From Callorhinchus milii (taxonomy: Eukaryota), in NCBI RefSeq assembly GCF_018977255.1, contig NW_024704743.1:92134001-92198000 (forward strand): a stretch of DNA of 64,000 nucleotides, in the 5' to 3' direction. A program made the position numbers and the translations under genes. Of this stretch, positions 1 to 12,400 are shown one piece after another. Below the pieces are notes generated by a model. It did no database searches. It saw nothing but the letters and a program-made list of their open reading frames with translations, and had not been told where the DNA came from. Position 1 is the first letter of the stretch, and the number at the start of each line of letters is the position of its first letter.

Positions 1-239
1 TAAGGCAAGTCCAAACTGGAGTTTCAGTCTAGACTTGAGTTTAAAGTTCTGATGTGTGGCTTAAACCTTTTGGTGCAGAGGCAAAAGTATGACCAACTGA
101 GTCAGGTTGACACCAAAGTGACCAAAAAAGGGGCTGCAGAGGTCGATTGGTATATCAAAGACAGGCCATCAGAAATTTGTGAAACTCCCCAACTCACAAT
201 CTTGAATTCACACCCCGCTATCTTTGAATCATCTACTAA

Positions 240-500
240 CTGAAAGAGTGTTTCACAATTAATTATTTAAAATCTTTTCATTATCTTAATCACCTCTATC
301 ATATCACCCTTCCACCTCCTCTCTTTCAGCAGGACGTCTACTAACTTCTCTAGCTTGTCATCGTAGCTCTATCTTTTCATCTCTGGTGTCACCTTTATCA
401 ACCATCACTGTACCCTCTCCATAGCTCTTGCATCTTTTTATAAGCTACAACCTACACTGCACCCAAAACTGCACAAATATTCCAGTTGTGACCTCCAAGC
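240..500 (-). mobile_element. Decayed CR1 fragment
   Basis: - strand ggaatatttgtgcagttttgg...atggagagggtacag...gggtgatatgatagagg, typical of CR1 ORF2 C-terminus. Confidence 0.65.
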
Positions 501-2357
501 TCATGACCGGTTGGCCACCTACAATGTCATAGTCCAAGCACATTACACTGAAGAAATAGAGTCTGGTTTACACGCATTTCAATGAATAAAAAAAACTTTC
601 TTAATCATTCAACTGTGGGCAGATCAACACAATGGAAACTTCAAAGCAGTAAGATACCAATCTCAAAGTGTATATCAAAAATTAAACACAATGTAAATTA
701 TTTTATCAAAGAAAAGATTACATCACCACCTGCAACCTTGTTAATCTCTGTCATACTGTAGGCTGTTCTTGAAACACGTGGCATTCATATTTACAGCGCC
801 TTGAGACCTTTCCATTTTAAGCTACAATCCACATGGGGGAACCTTCTTTGAAAGCAACACCAGGTCTTCTCCATTGGCTCGAACATTTTAAAAATATTCG
901 AATTGTGCCGGCATATTTATTTTTCCCAAACATCTGCAATGCAGCTGCACCTTCTACACTGTAAATACCATTGCAGAGCTGCTGCTAGAAGTAAATGAGC
1001 GCACCCAAGTTATTCCCAATTTAGTCTCTATCTCTCTTATTTCAATCTACACTTTTCTCCTTACCCCCCACCCAGTATTGATGCATCATTGCACAGCACC
1101 CAAATAGTGAGCCCAATGTTGGCTTAAATAGTAAGGAATTGGTGATGGACATTTAATGACTAGGTTGACAAACGTTTGGCACATCATTACAGAAAGGATT
1201 TGAGAGCTCTGGTGAGGAAGAGTATAAATTCAGAAGCACAATTTTGAAGGTCAACGTTTAATTTCAATGTCCATTCTCTCCATGCCACAAGGTCAGAACA
1301 TTCCAATTGTGCCGTGCAGATCATTTGCTACTGAAAACTTAAACAATAGGGATTTTGAATATTACTAAAGCCCTGTTTGCACAGCAGGTTTTCAAATGGT
1401 TTTGTTTTTATTAGCAATACATAAATATTTATAATTCTACTGAAGCATACATTGAGCATATTTAACAAAGCAATAAATTAGGTGTTCTAATAAAATGACC
1501 CACTACCATTAACTATTTCTATCCATGGGATATTGAAAGAAAACTAAAGAGTAGGACCATTGAAATGTGCAGCATAGGAGGCATTGTCTGTATTGGCGCT
1601 CTCTAAAAAAACGCATTTAGTACCATTCTCCTGCCTTTTCTCCAAATCATTTTTATATTTCTCCTTTCCAGATATTTATTTTATTCCTCTTAAAGGAGAT
1701 AGGGATTCTGCCTCAATCATGATTTCAGTTAAGACTCCCCCTATTATCTGACCTGGTGACATGAATAACTTTGGGGCAAAACAATATATTGTACATTACA
1801 ATTATGCTTATTACATCCTTGTCATCAGCAGATCTTTTCAATTCATTAAATACAGCAAAAGGCAATATAGCTAAAGGCAATAGATCCCATATGTTGGGTG
1901 TTTGTTTGGCTCAGTTGGTAGCACTATCAGCTTTGAGTTAAAAGGTTCTATATATATATAAGATATATATATGTAACAATCAGCTTTGAGTTAAAAGGTT
2001 ATATAGAGGGGAGGGCACTATATAAGTGCAAGTTGTTGTTGTTATGGAATCAACCCTTATATCAGGCCTTTTGAGTTCACAGCGTGGACTGACAATTACA
2101 ATGTAGTCCTTTGGATAAAATATTAATCCAGCCATGTCTGCCTGTTCTGATGGATGTTAAAATTTCCATGAAAATATCTGAAAAGTGAAAGGAATCCTAT
2201 CTAATAATACTAAAGATAAAAATGTGTCATTCACGTCAGTTAGGTGGCATTACTGTGCACAAATTAGTTATTAATAATAATAATCCTTGCATTTGGTATA
2301 CGTTAGAACTTGTTCATGTCAGGAATAAGCCCCAAAGTGCTTTACAGAGATATTATG

Positions 2358-2722
2358 GAAACCTGTAGCTCAGTGGTTAGAGCACTCGCCTTGTAAGCGA
2401 GAGACCCGGGTTCAATTACCAGGAGGGCGAAACGTTGGGCAAGTTTCCTTACGCCCCACGCCTGTTTACCTAGCAATAAGTAGGAATACAGTTGTTAGTT
2501 GATTGGCAGATCGCTTTTCTGGGGGTAATAATTCCTTCAAAAAAATAATAATAAATTGGTCATTTCAATCCACAACTCTTTGTGGGACATTACTGTGCCC
2601 AACTGGCTGCTGCGTTTTGCCCACAAAATATACAGTCAATTTATTTTACAGTATATTCTGTGAAGTGCTTTTAGACGTCTCAAAGACGTGATAAAGCGCT
2701 ATATCAAATGCAAGAATTATTA
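2358..2722 (+). mobile_element. tRNA-derived SINE (long subtype)
   Basis: A box TAGCTCAGTGG, B box GGTTCAATT, shared body, tail gacgtgataaagcgctatatcaaatgcaag-attatt. Confidence 0.9.
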
Positions 2723-4136
2723 TCTTATCATTTATTAAATAGTGGAGTGTTTGGGGGCTAACGTAGTAGTCAATTTGTGCACAACAATGTCCCACAAACG
2801 GCCATGAAGTGAATGCACAATTTTATTTGGGGGATTGTGGGCCAGGACACTTTTCTAAATAGTACCATTGGATCTTTAACGTCCACGTAATGAGGCAGAC
2901 GGGCCCCGGTTTAGCTTCTCATCCAAAGGATGGACCTTTGCATACAAATTCAGCCACTAAACTTTACAGAAACGTTCAACATTATAGGCACAACATGAGA
3001 TTATTATAATACAAAAGAAGCATAAGCAAAACAGGCATAAGTTATATTTGCAACTGCATGTGGAGCTTCTGGCATGGGGAGAGGGGGGAAATCAAGGCGC
3101 ACCTTAGAATTGATGGTCCCTAACCCTAACACATGTGCAAGCTTCTCATTACTGCAAGGTAGTGGACATGAAGTAAACTCAAGCTGTAAGTGGGAGGACG
3201 AAGGTTTGTATACGATTTTACAGCACCTGTAAACAAGTAGCATGGTAAGGGTTTATTTTATATTTAAAAGTACCTATGCTTTAGATTTGAATAGTTTCAT
3301 TTGATTCTAAGTCCTGATATCACAAGATTGTGTGATGACAAGACCTCCACGACAATTATACTGTTTAAATTATACAAAACCTAAATATCAGTTAACATTC
3401 ACATACAAGTTTACATATAATTTATTTCACAAATTCAAAGTGGAAATTGCTGTCAATACAAGACTTTTCAGCCAGTTACTTTAGGCAACACAAATCGGTC
3501 GAAAAAAATGCTCCTTCACATCATTTTTGAAAGTTTAACTAACTGCCAAATGTGATGTTTTCAAAGCCGCTCCCCATAATTGTTTTTCTTTGTGTGCGTA
3601 TAACACTGCAAAATATCTTCCTTTTTTTTTGGTGTGCCTCTTGCATGACGTCCAGGTGTCTGACACCTGCAGAAACACTACATTATGCTTAAGTGTATCC
3701 AAACAAAACTGCTAAGAATTCCACAAATGCATGAACGTTTCCATTTTCTGGAATTGGGTGCCTGCGGTCTCCCCAAGGGACGAACCCTGCTCACCTCATT
3801 CTGTAAAGTAACGGGCAAAAGCCAAGAGCTGGGGATCCCAGAGTGCGTATACCCCAACCTGTGCCTAAACTAATTAGGTGAGCAGCAGGCAATCCCTTCG
3901 GGGAGTCTGCGCACTCCGTCTCAGCCAAACAGAAACGTCCACGCGCAAAACACAAGAAGAGTCAATGCACTTCACAGTAATATCCTTGAGAAGCGTTTTG
4001 CGACGTCTCGACGACGCGAAAAGGCACTTATCACCAAACGCGAGGATTATTATTGATATTATTATTATTATTATTATTATCATCAGATGCAACTCCCAGC
4101 GGTTTGGTTCGGAGAGGAGACTCTGAAGCAAAAGGT

Positions 4137-4181
4137 GACTGAGTGAGTGAGTGAGTGAGTGAGTGAGTGAGTGAGTGAGTG
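4137..4181. repeat. (TGAG)n microsatellite
   Basis: Directly visible. Confidence 0.95.
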
Positions 4182-4547
4182 ACACCCCGTTAACCAAAAT
4201 AAACCGCTCGCTCTTCCTCTCCTCTCCTCTCCTCTCAGAGCAGCTCAGGTCCCTGTGGGCAGCCATGGCAATCGGACTGATTTACCAGCTCGCTTTTGTC
4301 CAACGACACAGAGTGACGACAGGAAAGGAAGGAAGGAAGGAAGGAAAAAAAGAAAGAAAGACTCACGAATCATCCAAGGGCACAGCGAAGGAAAGCACAA
4401 CCTCGGCCCGGAAAACCATCACTGCAACAGAGAGGAGAGAAATCAATCACGAGGGCCCTGCGCCGTGGCCAAGTTTGATTCTATCTACATAACCAACGCC
4501 TGGAAACCCCCCCCCCGCTCCCCCCGCCCCAGGCAGACTGTCCTCAC

Positions 4548-4599
4548 CGGCAAACAGCAGCAGCCGCCGCCACCGCCGACCTCCCTCACTCGCCGCCAT
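4548..4599 (-). CDS. Candidate first exon of the next gene (MAASEGGRRWRRLLLFA-G), identity unknown
   Basis: aagATGGCGGCG start inside a CpG island, then donor CCG|gtgagg (phase 1); no matching exon 2 found in 1-4500. Confidence 0.5.
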
Positions 4600-4664
4600 C
4601 TTGGCTCTGACAGGAAGCCCCGCTGAGCGCAGGCGCACTGGCTCCCGCTGTGAACCACGCTTGT

Positions 4665-4717
4665 AGCCCAAAGGCCCCCAAACACGAGCCCAAAGGCCCC
4701 CAAACACGAGCCCAAAG
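4665..4717. repeat. 22-bp tandem repeat (AGCCCAAAGGCCCCCAAACACG) x ~2.4
   Basis: Directly visible. Confidence 0.9.
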
Positions 4718-5689
4718 GTAGCCCAATACCAGGCCTCGCCTCCTCTGCGGCAGCAGCAACGGTCGGATTGAGGTTTTTAGTGCTTTTTTAAACCGGGCAG
4801 GAAAAGGACCGCAAGAGGAGGCGGAAATAGAGGGTTTTTACAGGTTTAAAAAATGAAACTCGGCCCCCACCCAAACCCACTGCGCCCAACCCAAGCCACG
4901 CCCCAACTGGGCGTGAAGCCGCCCAACCGCCCACTTCACTGACTCGCTCTCCGCAGAGCGGCGTCATGGCAACCGGCCCCCGGGCCGGGCCGCGCCTGCG
5001 CACTGCTCAGGCTGTCACTCAGCCCCTGACGATCGCCATCCCCCACAGATGGTGTTGTCCTCATCATCACCGTTATTGTTTCGAGACGTCTCAAGTAATC
5101 ATGAACTAATGAAGCGGTGCACCTCACCGGATATAGTGTAAAGTGGATCAGTCCCAAGTTGTGTGGGTTTGTGTTGCGCTTTCCATGACAAACGGCTTTC
5201 GGCGAGTGCCTAAAGTTCAAAGATTGAAACCCACTGAAGCCGTCTCCCCCTTTGAAGCCTTTTCTTAGTTTCAAAAGCACTAACCTAAACCGGGCACTCT
5301 GCTGCTCGTGTAGGCCGTGACGCATAATCGACTACTTTGGGGCCAGTATTTGGTTGACTTTCGGCGTCAAACCCATTTTAATCTCTGGCCACTCTGCTCG
5401 GCCACGAGGGCACCGTCAAGTTCTGCTTTATTGAAAAATGTAATTTTGGGATACTCATGACTTGCTCGCTCTCCCCACCTCACAAAGCTAAGACCTAACG
5501 TTAAAAATACCGCTACTCAACTACGAGCTTGTAATTCACAAAAATAGCAATCCTTGCTTTGGGTAATGGTGCTTTATCACATAGTCGAGACGTCTCAAAG
5601 CGTTCCAAAGGATTTCAACGTAAAGTGTAGTGACTTTATATTTTGTAGGCCAATGCAGTAACCAATTTGTGAACAGCAATATCCAACAT

Positions 5690-5975
5690 GCGTTTGTGGG
5701 TTCAAGCCCCGTGTCAAGACTTTGAGCTCACAATCTAGGCTGACACATCAGTGCAGTGGCTGGGGCACACTAGTATTGGAGGTACCATCCTTCAGATGAA
5801 ATGTTAAACTGAAGTCCTGTCTGCTTGCTCAGGTGAATGTTAAAAGATCACTGTCACTAGTTGAAAAGAGAAGCGAGATTCTCCTGGTGCCCTGCCAAGC
5901 CAGCAATTCTCCAGATGAAATTGTTAGTTCATGGCTATTTGTGGTTAATTGTTATCATACAATGGCTGCTGCATT
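5690..5975 (+). mobile_element. Older Deu-domain-like SINE; related copies near 1905-2200, 33665-33990, 37360-37500, 50860-50990
   Basis: gtgggttcaagcccc...tctaggctgacac...ttcagatgaaatgttaaactg..gtctgc recurs across the window; family name is from memory. Confidence 0.6.
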
Positions 5976-6275
5976 TTACACACTATCCAGCAAACCAGTG
6001 AGATGTTATCCCAAAGTGAAATGCAAGTATCAAATGGAAGGAGTATTTAAAGATTTGATTCCAGTCCGTGTTCACGTGCTCAGGTACCCTTGCTCAACTG
6101 TTCTTTTCTAACTCAGCCATAACCCGATTAAGCCATAATAAATTAAGATAAAGAAATGCGTAACTTACATTTACCCCCAATATAAATTTACTGACTGAGC
6201 GAGACTGAATCTCATCAGCACTTGACAACATGTTAATAAGACTAAATGACAAACAAAACACAAATATATGAAGAC

Positions 6276-6281
6276 TTTATT
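6276..6281 (-). terminator. Candidate RTTN polyadenylation signal AATAAA
   Basis: tttatt on + strand, ~85 nt downstream of the stop codon, followed by a U/GU-rich tract (tttgtgttttgtttgt on - strand). Confidence 0.65.
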
Positions 6282-6364
6282 ATAAAAATAAATTGAATTT
6301 CAATACAATATACACGATTCAGTTTTCCACAATAACATGTCATGGTCTGTGCTTGTGGCAGCCA

Positions 6365-6447
6365 TTAACTGTTCAGCAGGATTGTTAGATTGTCCAAGCA
6401 TTTCAAAAAATAGGTTCTCAATGGAACTTCATCAGCTTCAGTGACAT
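6365..6447 (-). CDS. RTTN: RTTN exon 49 (last coding exon, stop TAA)
   Basis: [26 protein letters not shown]; resembles the human C-terminus YYLKCLENLVQLLNSS. Confidence 0.94.
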
Positions 6448-9400
6448 CTGGGGAGAAAACAAAAAAAATCGGATTTTATACATGCTCAATAAAAGTCCTG
6501 TAGCTCAGTGGTTAGAGCACTCGCTTTGCAAGCGAGAGACCTGAGTTCAATTCCAGGCAGGTCAGGGCGAAACCTTGGGCAAGTTTCCTTACTTCTTACG
6601 CCTAATAATAATCCCTCCAAAACCAAAAACAATAATAAAAAAAATTGGTCATTTTCAATCTACGACTGTTTGTGGGACATTGCTGTGCGCAATTGGCTGC
6701 CGCGTTCGCCCACAAATATAGTCAATTCACTTTACAGTGTGTTCTGTGAAGCGCTTTGGGACGTCCTCCCGACGTGAAAAGCGCTATATCAAATACAAGT
6801 AGAAAAAAAAGTAGAAAAAAAAGGAGATATTTACAGCCGTTTACACAATAAAGTGTTCATTTTTTATTTTGAGATGCATAAAATAGTTCTTGCTTCTGGC
6901 TTCATTTTCAACCAGACTAAATAAGTATAGTTCTATTGCTCATTCCGCTTATCTTTTTGAACATGCATGAGAACATCCACCTACAGCGCTCGACAGCTGG
7001 AGACCTCTGTCCTAGCGGGACATACCCTGCTTACCTAATTTCAAAAAGTAGTAGGCACTGATTGGAGAGCCAAGACTTGGGGTCAGCAGAGTTCGTTGGG
7101 AGCACTGCTGGAGTTTAACCATTTAAATCACATGGATTACCACCGAGCTTCCTGCTGCTTGTCTGATCTGAATACACTTCCCATTAGTGTCAGCAGAAAA
7201 AAAATGAGATCAAAAGATATGTAATTGTGATACCTTACAGAATGATGCAACCCACAGAAATCGCTTAATTTCCCCAATAACCTTCCTGACTTCTTGCTGT
7301 TCTTGGTTGTAAGCAGTTCTAATTTGTTCTTAAGAGGCTTCTTATACTACTTTTAAGACCCTCTGCTTTTGCCTAATAGCTCTATTTCCCATTGCAGTTG
7401 TCTTGACAGGATCCTATTTTGTGGATAATAATAATGATAATCCTTGCATTTGATATCGCGCTTTTCACGTCTTCTAGACGTCTCAAAGCACTTCACAGAA
7501 TATGCTATAAAGTGAATTTACTGTATATTTATGGGCGAAACTCGGTAGCCGATTGCGCACAGCAGTGTTCCACAAACAGTCGTGGATTGAAAATGACCAA
7601 TTTATTATTGTTTTTGTTTTGGAGGGATTATTATTAGGAATGTGGAGTAAAGAAACTTGCCCAAGGTTTCGCCCTGCCTGGAATTGAACCCATGAGTGGC
7701 TATCAGGCTGCAGCTTTAGGCTGCTTACAACCTCAACTGCAGAAACAAGAAATTCATTAGCTACATCATCGGCTGTCACACAAACTCATTCCCGGGCTTC
7801 GTGGTCAACAGCATCCTTTATTTAAAAAAATACTGGCATTGATACTTAAAAACTAGCATTAATTGCATAACATGTTTCAAAAATTAGCCACCTCTGTTGG
7901 CAATCCACACTTACATTATGTATCCACTTTAATACTTACACTTTTTGACAGATAAATAAACTTCATCCACTCTTGTCTTGATTGATGGGTTTTTCAGAAT
8001 AACCTTAGCCTGTAAACAATATTTGTGTTCAATTGTTAATGGGCAAACTGTCTACAGGATTCTTTATGCTATATCAAATGGAAACCTTGTTTAGTTAAAA
8101 ATCACCTGAACAATACCTTTCACCCATGAAATATGTTTCAGCAACAAGTTGCATTTGTATAATGCCCTTCATGTGTTGTAGCATCAAAGTGCTTTACAAA
8201 TAATAGGGAGCAGTCAGCACAGAAAAGAGAGATTTAAAGTTGCTGACTTAAAGCACAGTTGAAAAAGTATGTTTAAAAAGAGTTTTGAAAGAAAGGACTG
8301 AGTAAAGAAAAATAGATTTTGGAAGAGGGTACCAGAAGTACTCCATCCCATCCAATGATGGGATGGAAGGAGTGAACAAGTTACCAAAATCAGAAGAGTT
8401 GAATGTGAGGCAGGAGAATAAAAATAGAAGAGATTGCATGAATAGGATGGGGCAAAACTGTGAAGGGATTTGAAAGCAAGGATGTTGAAGTTAACCACTG
8501 TCACTGACAGAGGTTCAGAAGGCGGCCATTAAATGCCTGTTCCGTTAGTTCAGTGGTTGCCAACCTGTGGCCCACAAGTCAGAAATGGCCCGTGGGGCTG
8601 TCAAGAAGTAGGCACCCTGAACATTCACACGAGTCGAGGTAAGTCCTTGCTCGATCGATTGTATTTTCAGTTTTTTTAGAATGAATATTTCTTGATTTAT
8701 GGCATAAATAATCCAGCTCCATTAGACAGAACAATTCTGTCAATCTTTCTTTAATAGCCACTTGGGTAATAAATTACAGACCTTAACAACCCTCTGAGTT
8801 AAGAAAAAAGGAACAATTGTTTAATAATGTTTAATATTATGAACTCACAACACTCATATAGGATCGTATCATCCAACAAAGATTACAAGTGTAATTTTTT
8901 ATTTGCCAGTTGTTTTCATTTGTCTATCACTATTAAACCATCAGTGATGCAGATGTCAAAATGTAAACCATTTCCAGATGTGGCTACATTAACATTTAGA
9001 AGTCACTGGAAAGAATTCAAATACAATTTGAAAAGCTGAAAAAAAATTATAAAGGAACACACACCTTTTGATAGTTATGAAGTAATGCCCAAAGAGCTGA
9101 GGCTCCTATTGTCTGAACAAGAGGGTTGTCATTTTCTAGACAAGCAGCAAATGTTGACACAATGTTGTCTGGAAAACAAATCACACTGGTTAGTCAAACA
9201 ATGCAAGTAGACAAGTTTCCTTACTCCACATGCCTCTGTGTACCTAGCAGTAAGTTGGAACCCTTTTTTTTTATTTAGTCGATTGGCGGATCGCTTTTCT
9301 GGGGGTAATAATCCCTAAAAGAAAGTGGTACTCAATCCACAACTGTTTGTGGGACACTGCTGTTCGCAATTGGCTGCCGCTTTTTGCCCACAAAATATAC

Positions 9401-12400
9401 AGTCAAATCACTTTACAGTATATTCTGTAAGAGATGTTTCGAAGACTTGATAAAGCGCTATATCAAATGCAAGGCTTACTATTAGGACTATCTGTTCTGG
9501 AAGCCAACACTAACACATTTGATAGATTTAACTGTTTGCTGTCTCGAAATTTTTAAAAATGGCAAATGTAAACAACACATAGTCTCCAGCAAAATGTTGG
9601 GCCAGAGATGTTGGTTACAGTGATGCATTTTTCTAAACAGTTGCACTTAACTCTATAAATAAAGATCATTAGTTGTTTTGACCTATTTTTACTGATATTC
9701 CTTTTTTTTTGAAACTCAAAACATTCTACCAACTGAGGAGAGCTGACGAACCATAGTGTACTTTATATTTTGAAGCACTAAAATGCTATAGCATAGTAAC
9801 AAATTCTGTAAGGACATGTAAAACATATATACAGTATTTTAAATATGCTATGGCTACTTACCATTGGCTAGAACCTTTGGCTTGTTGGCTGGACTGAAGC
9901 AAACGTTATGCAGAATCAGAAGAGCTGTGGGCTGACTACCCTTGTGTTTGTACTGGGACATTGTTGTTAGTAGTTCCAAGCTCCCATTCATCTTCAATAT
10001 CATCTGCTGTCCATCATCTCCAAAAGATATGTTCAGTAACAGCTTCAACCAAAGAGTGGTCAATGTGCTGAGGCCTTTTACTGTGGTCTTTGGTAATGGC
10101 ACGGCAAGGAAGTTTTGCAGGAAATTGCTCTACAATGAAAATCACAGCTTTAAAATAAACATTCACAGAATTCAAAGCAAAGCTCCACACCTACTTTTGA
10201 TGTTGTGAATAAAACTAACTTGAGCAGAATTACTTGACAATCAAACACCTATGTGTCACTTGACAGGTGACAGAATGGCAAAAGCCTCCTTTGGACTGAA
10301 AATGAGAATTAAAATCTGATCTTACTATTGACATCCAATTTGTCATTCATGTGGTACTTTGTCAAAGGCTTTTTCAAAATCTAGGTACACTACATCTTAC
10401 GACTTCCCACAAACTGGAATATCATCTCCTCAAAAGTCTGAGGTTGATCCAATCCTTCTGAAGCTGTGCTGGCTGTCATTAATTAGGTTATTTTCATACA
10501 CGTACTCTTCCATTTTGATCTAATATTTGATTCTATTAATTTACCAATTATTGCAGTCAAACTAATGGGTCTGTATTTGCCAAATGTAGCTAACACCTTT
10601 CTTGAATATGGGAACCACATTAAGAACATAAGAAATGCTAGGCAAAAAAAAACCAAGGTCCATCTAGTTTGCCTTCTTGACGGTCGCTTGCACATATGTC
10701 CTGAATTACCTATGTACTATATCCCATAATGTTAATATACATTTGCTGGCTTTGTCTGCTAGAACCTCCCTAGGGGTGATCAACTTACTCATGTCTACAG
10801 TGCTACAAATATCTACCGCTTCTTCTCTGCAACATATCCTGAGATACAGGTCATCTGCATTTGGGGATTTTTTTTAAAGCTCTTGAAGCCTATCTAAATC
10901 CTCAGACTCACTGAAGTCAGAAAGTCCCGAGTTCAAAGGCACGGTTGAAGAGGACAGTCTTGATAGGGTTCTTGAAGGAGGCAAGTTTTTCATAGAACTA
11001 TAGAAATTTATCCACCTAGCCCATCTGTGCTGACTCTTTTGGAAAAGCAATCCATTCAGTCTCATTTACCTGGCTTTACCCCATACTCCTGCAAATTATC
11101 CATTTGTATAGATTGCTATAAAAATATTTTGAGGAAAGATCAAGTGGATGATTCTTGGAATTGTTGCACTTAGGATTCTGAAGGATCTCAAAATGTTGTT
11201 TTGCTCCAATTAGTAAAATATGTTTTGCAGTCATAACACTTGACATTTCTTTTAGCCTCAGGCTCTGGCAGCATCAACCTCCATGGTTGCACACTGCAAC
11301 TTACTAAGCCAGTCAGGAACCTAGGTGTCTTGTTCAACCCTAAACTAACTTTTCTCCCCCACATTCAAGCCATGACCCACTCTGCCTTCCCTCCCGTAAC
11401 ATCGTCCGACTCTGCCACTACCTCACCCCTCAGGCCGCTGAAACTCTTGTTCATGCCTTCATCACCTCCAGGCTCAACTATGCAAACGCCCTCCCTGCTT
11501 GTCGGCCTTCCCAACTCCTCCCTCCACAGGCTGCAGATAATCCAGAATTCTGCAGTCAGTGTCCTCTCTCGCACCAAACTCCGTGACTTCATCTCCCCCA
11601 TTCTTACCCTACTCCATTGGCTCCTTATCCCTCAGAGGATCCAGTCCTCACCTACAAAGCCCTCCATGGCCTCGCCCCACCCTATCTCTGCGACCTCCTA
11701 ACCGCCTACCAACCCACCCGCTCAGTCGGCTCCAGCCTGCTCCACATCCCCCGACCCACCACTGGCGGAAGAGCCTTCAGCCACTCTGCCCCCAACCTCT
11801 GGAATTCCATCCCCCAGTCACTCCGCCTCACCCCCTCCTTAATCTTCGTCCCGCCTCAAAAACCTCTTCTTCGACCATGCCATTGATCACCCCCCTTTCC
11901 CTCCCTTCTCCCTCCCTGACCCCAGCTCGGGTCTGAAATGCTGTACACTGTCCAGCGCCTTGGGACGTCCTCCTGAAGTGAAAGGTGCTATACAAATGTA
12001 ATCTTGTTGTTGTTTATTTATTTATTAAGAGTTAAAGGCCAATAATGGAGGGCAAAACAACTTTTTAAATCAATCAAAGAATATTGAAGCTCTTTTTCTG
12101 GATTTGTTTTAAGAGATTTTGAGTCATAAAAAGATGGTCACTAACATGCAAATTCCAGCAGGAAGATGATACATTCACATAATGCAAAAATGCACAAGGA
12201 ATTAAGTTTACATTGATTTTGAAAGGTTGGGTTCATTTTTGACAGGACTAGGTAAACTGCTAACTTAGTGCAACCGCCAGTGTACCATAAACAAAATGTG
12301 GATTTGACTTCAGGGAGAATGTTACTTACCTTCTGCAGGATTCCTTTACATTCGTGGAACATGGCTAAATTGGAGAGGAGAGCAAATGCCATTTGTCGTA

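Larger units (their letters stand above)
4400..5050 (-). promoter_or_regulatory. CpG-island promoter of the gene downstream of RTTN
   Basis: CpG-rich; NRF1-like GCGCAGGCGCA (4627) and CGCGCCTGCGCA (4991), GC boxes (4896-4933), GGCGGAAAT (4821), YY1-type AAGATGGCGGC at the ATG. Confidence 0.7.

Noticed and set aside
3540..3860. Possible further exons of the 4.6-kb gene (acceptor near 3668, donor near 3795)
   Set aside because: Splice-like motifs exist, but the translations are short or stop-interrupted and match nothing I recognise.
3874..4492. ORFs of 105-130 aa around 3.9-4.5 kb
   Set aside because: Made up of a SINE tail and (ATT)n, (TGAG)n, (GGAA)n microsatellites.
6495..6570. tRNA-Ala(TGC)-like sequences here and at 2358, 21421, 29465, 50260, 55095
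   Set aside because: They run straight into a shared SINE body and tail and lack a proper acceptor stem, so they are SINE heads, not tRNA genes.
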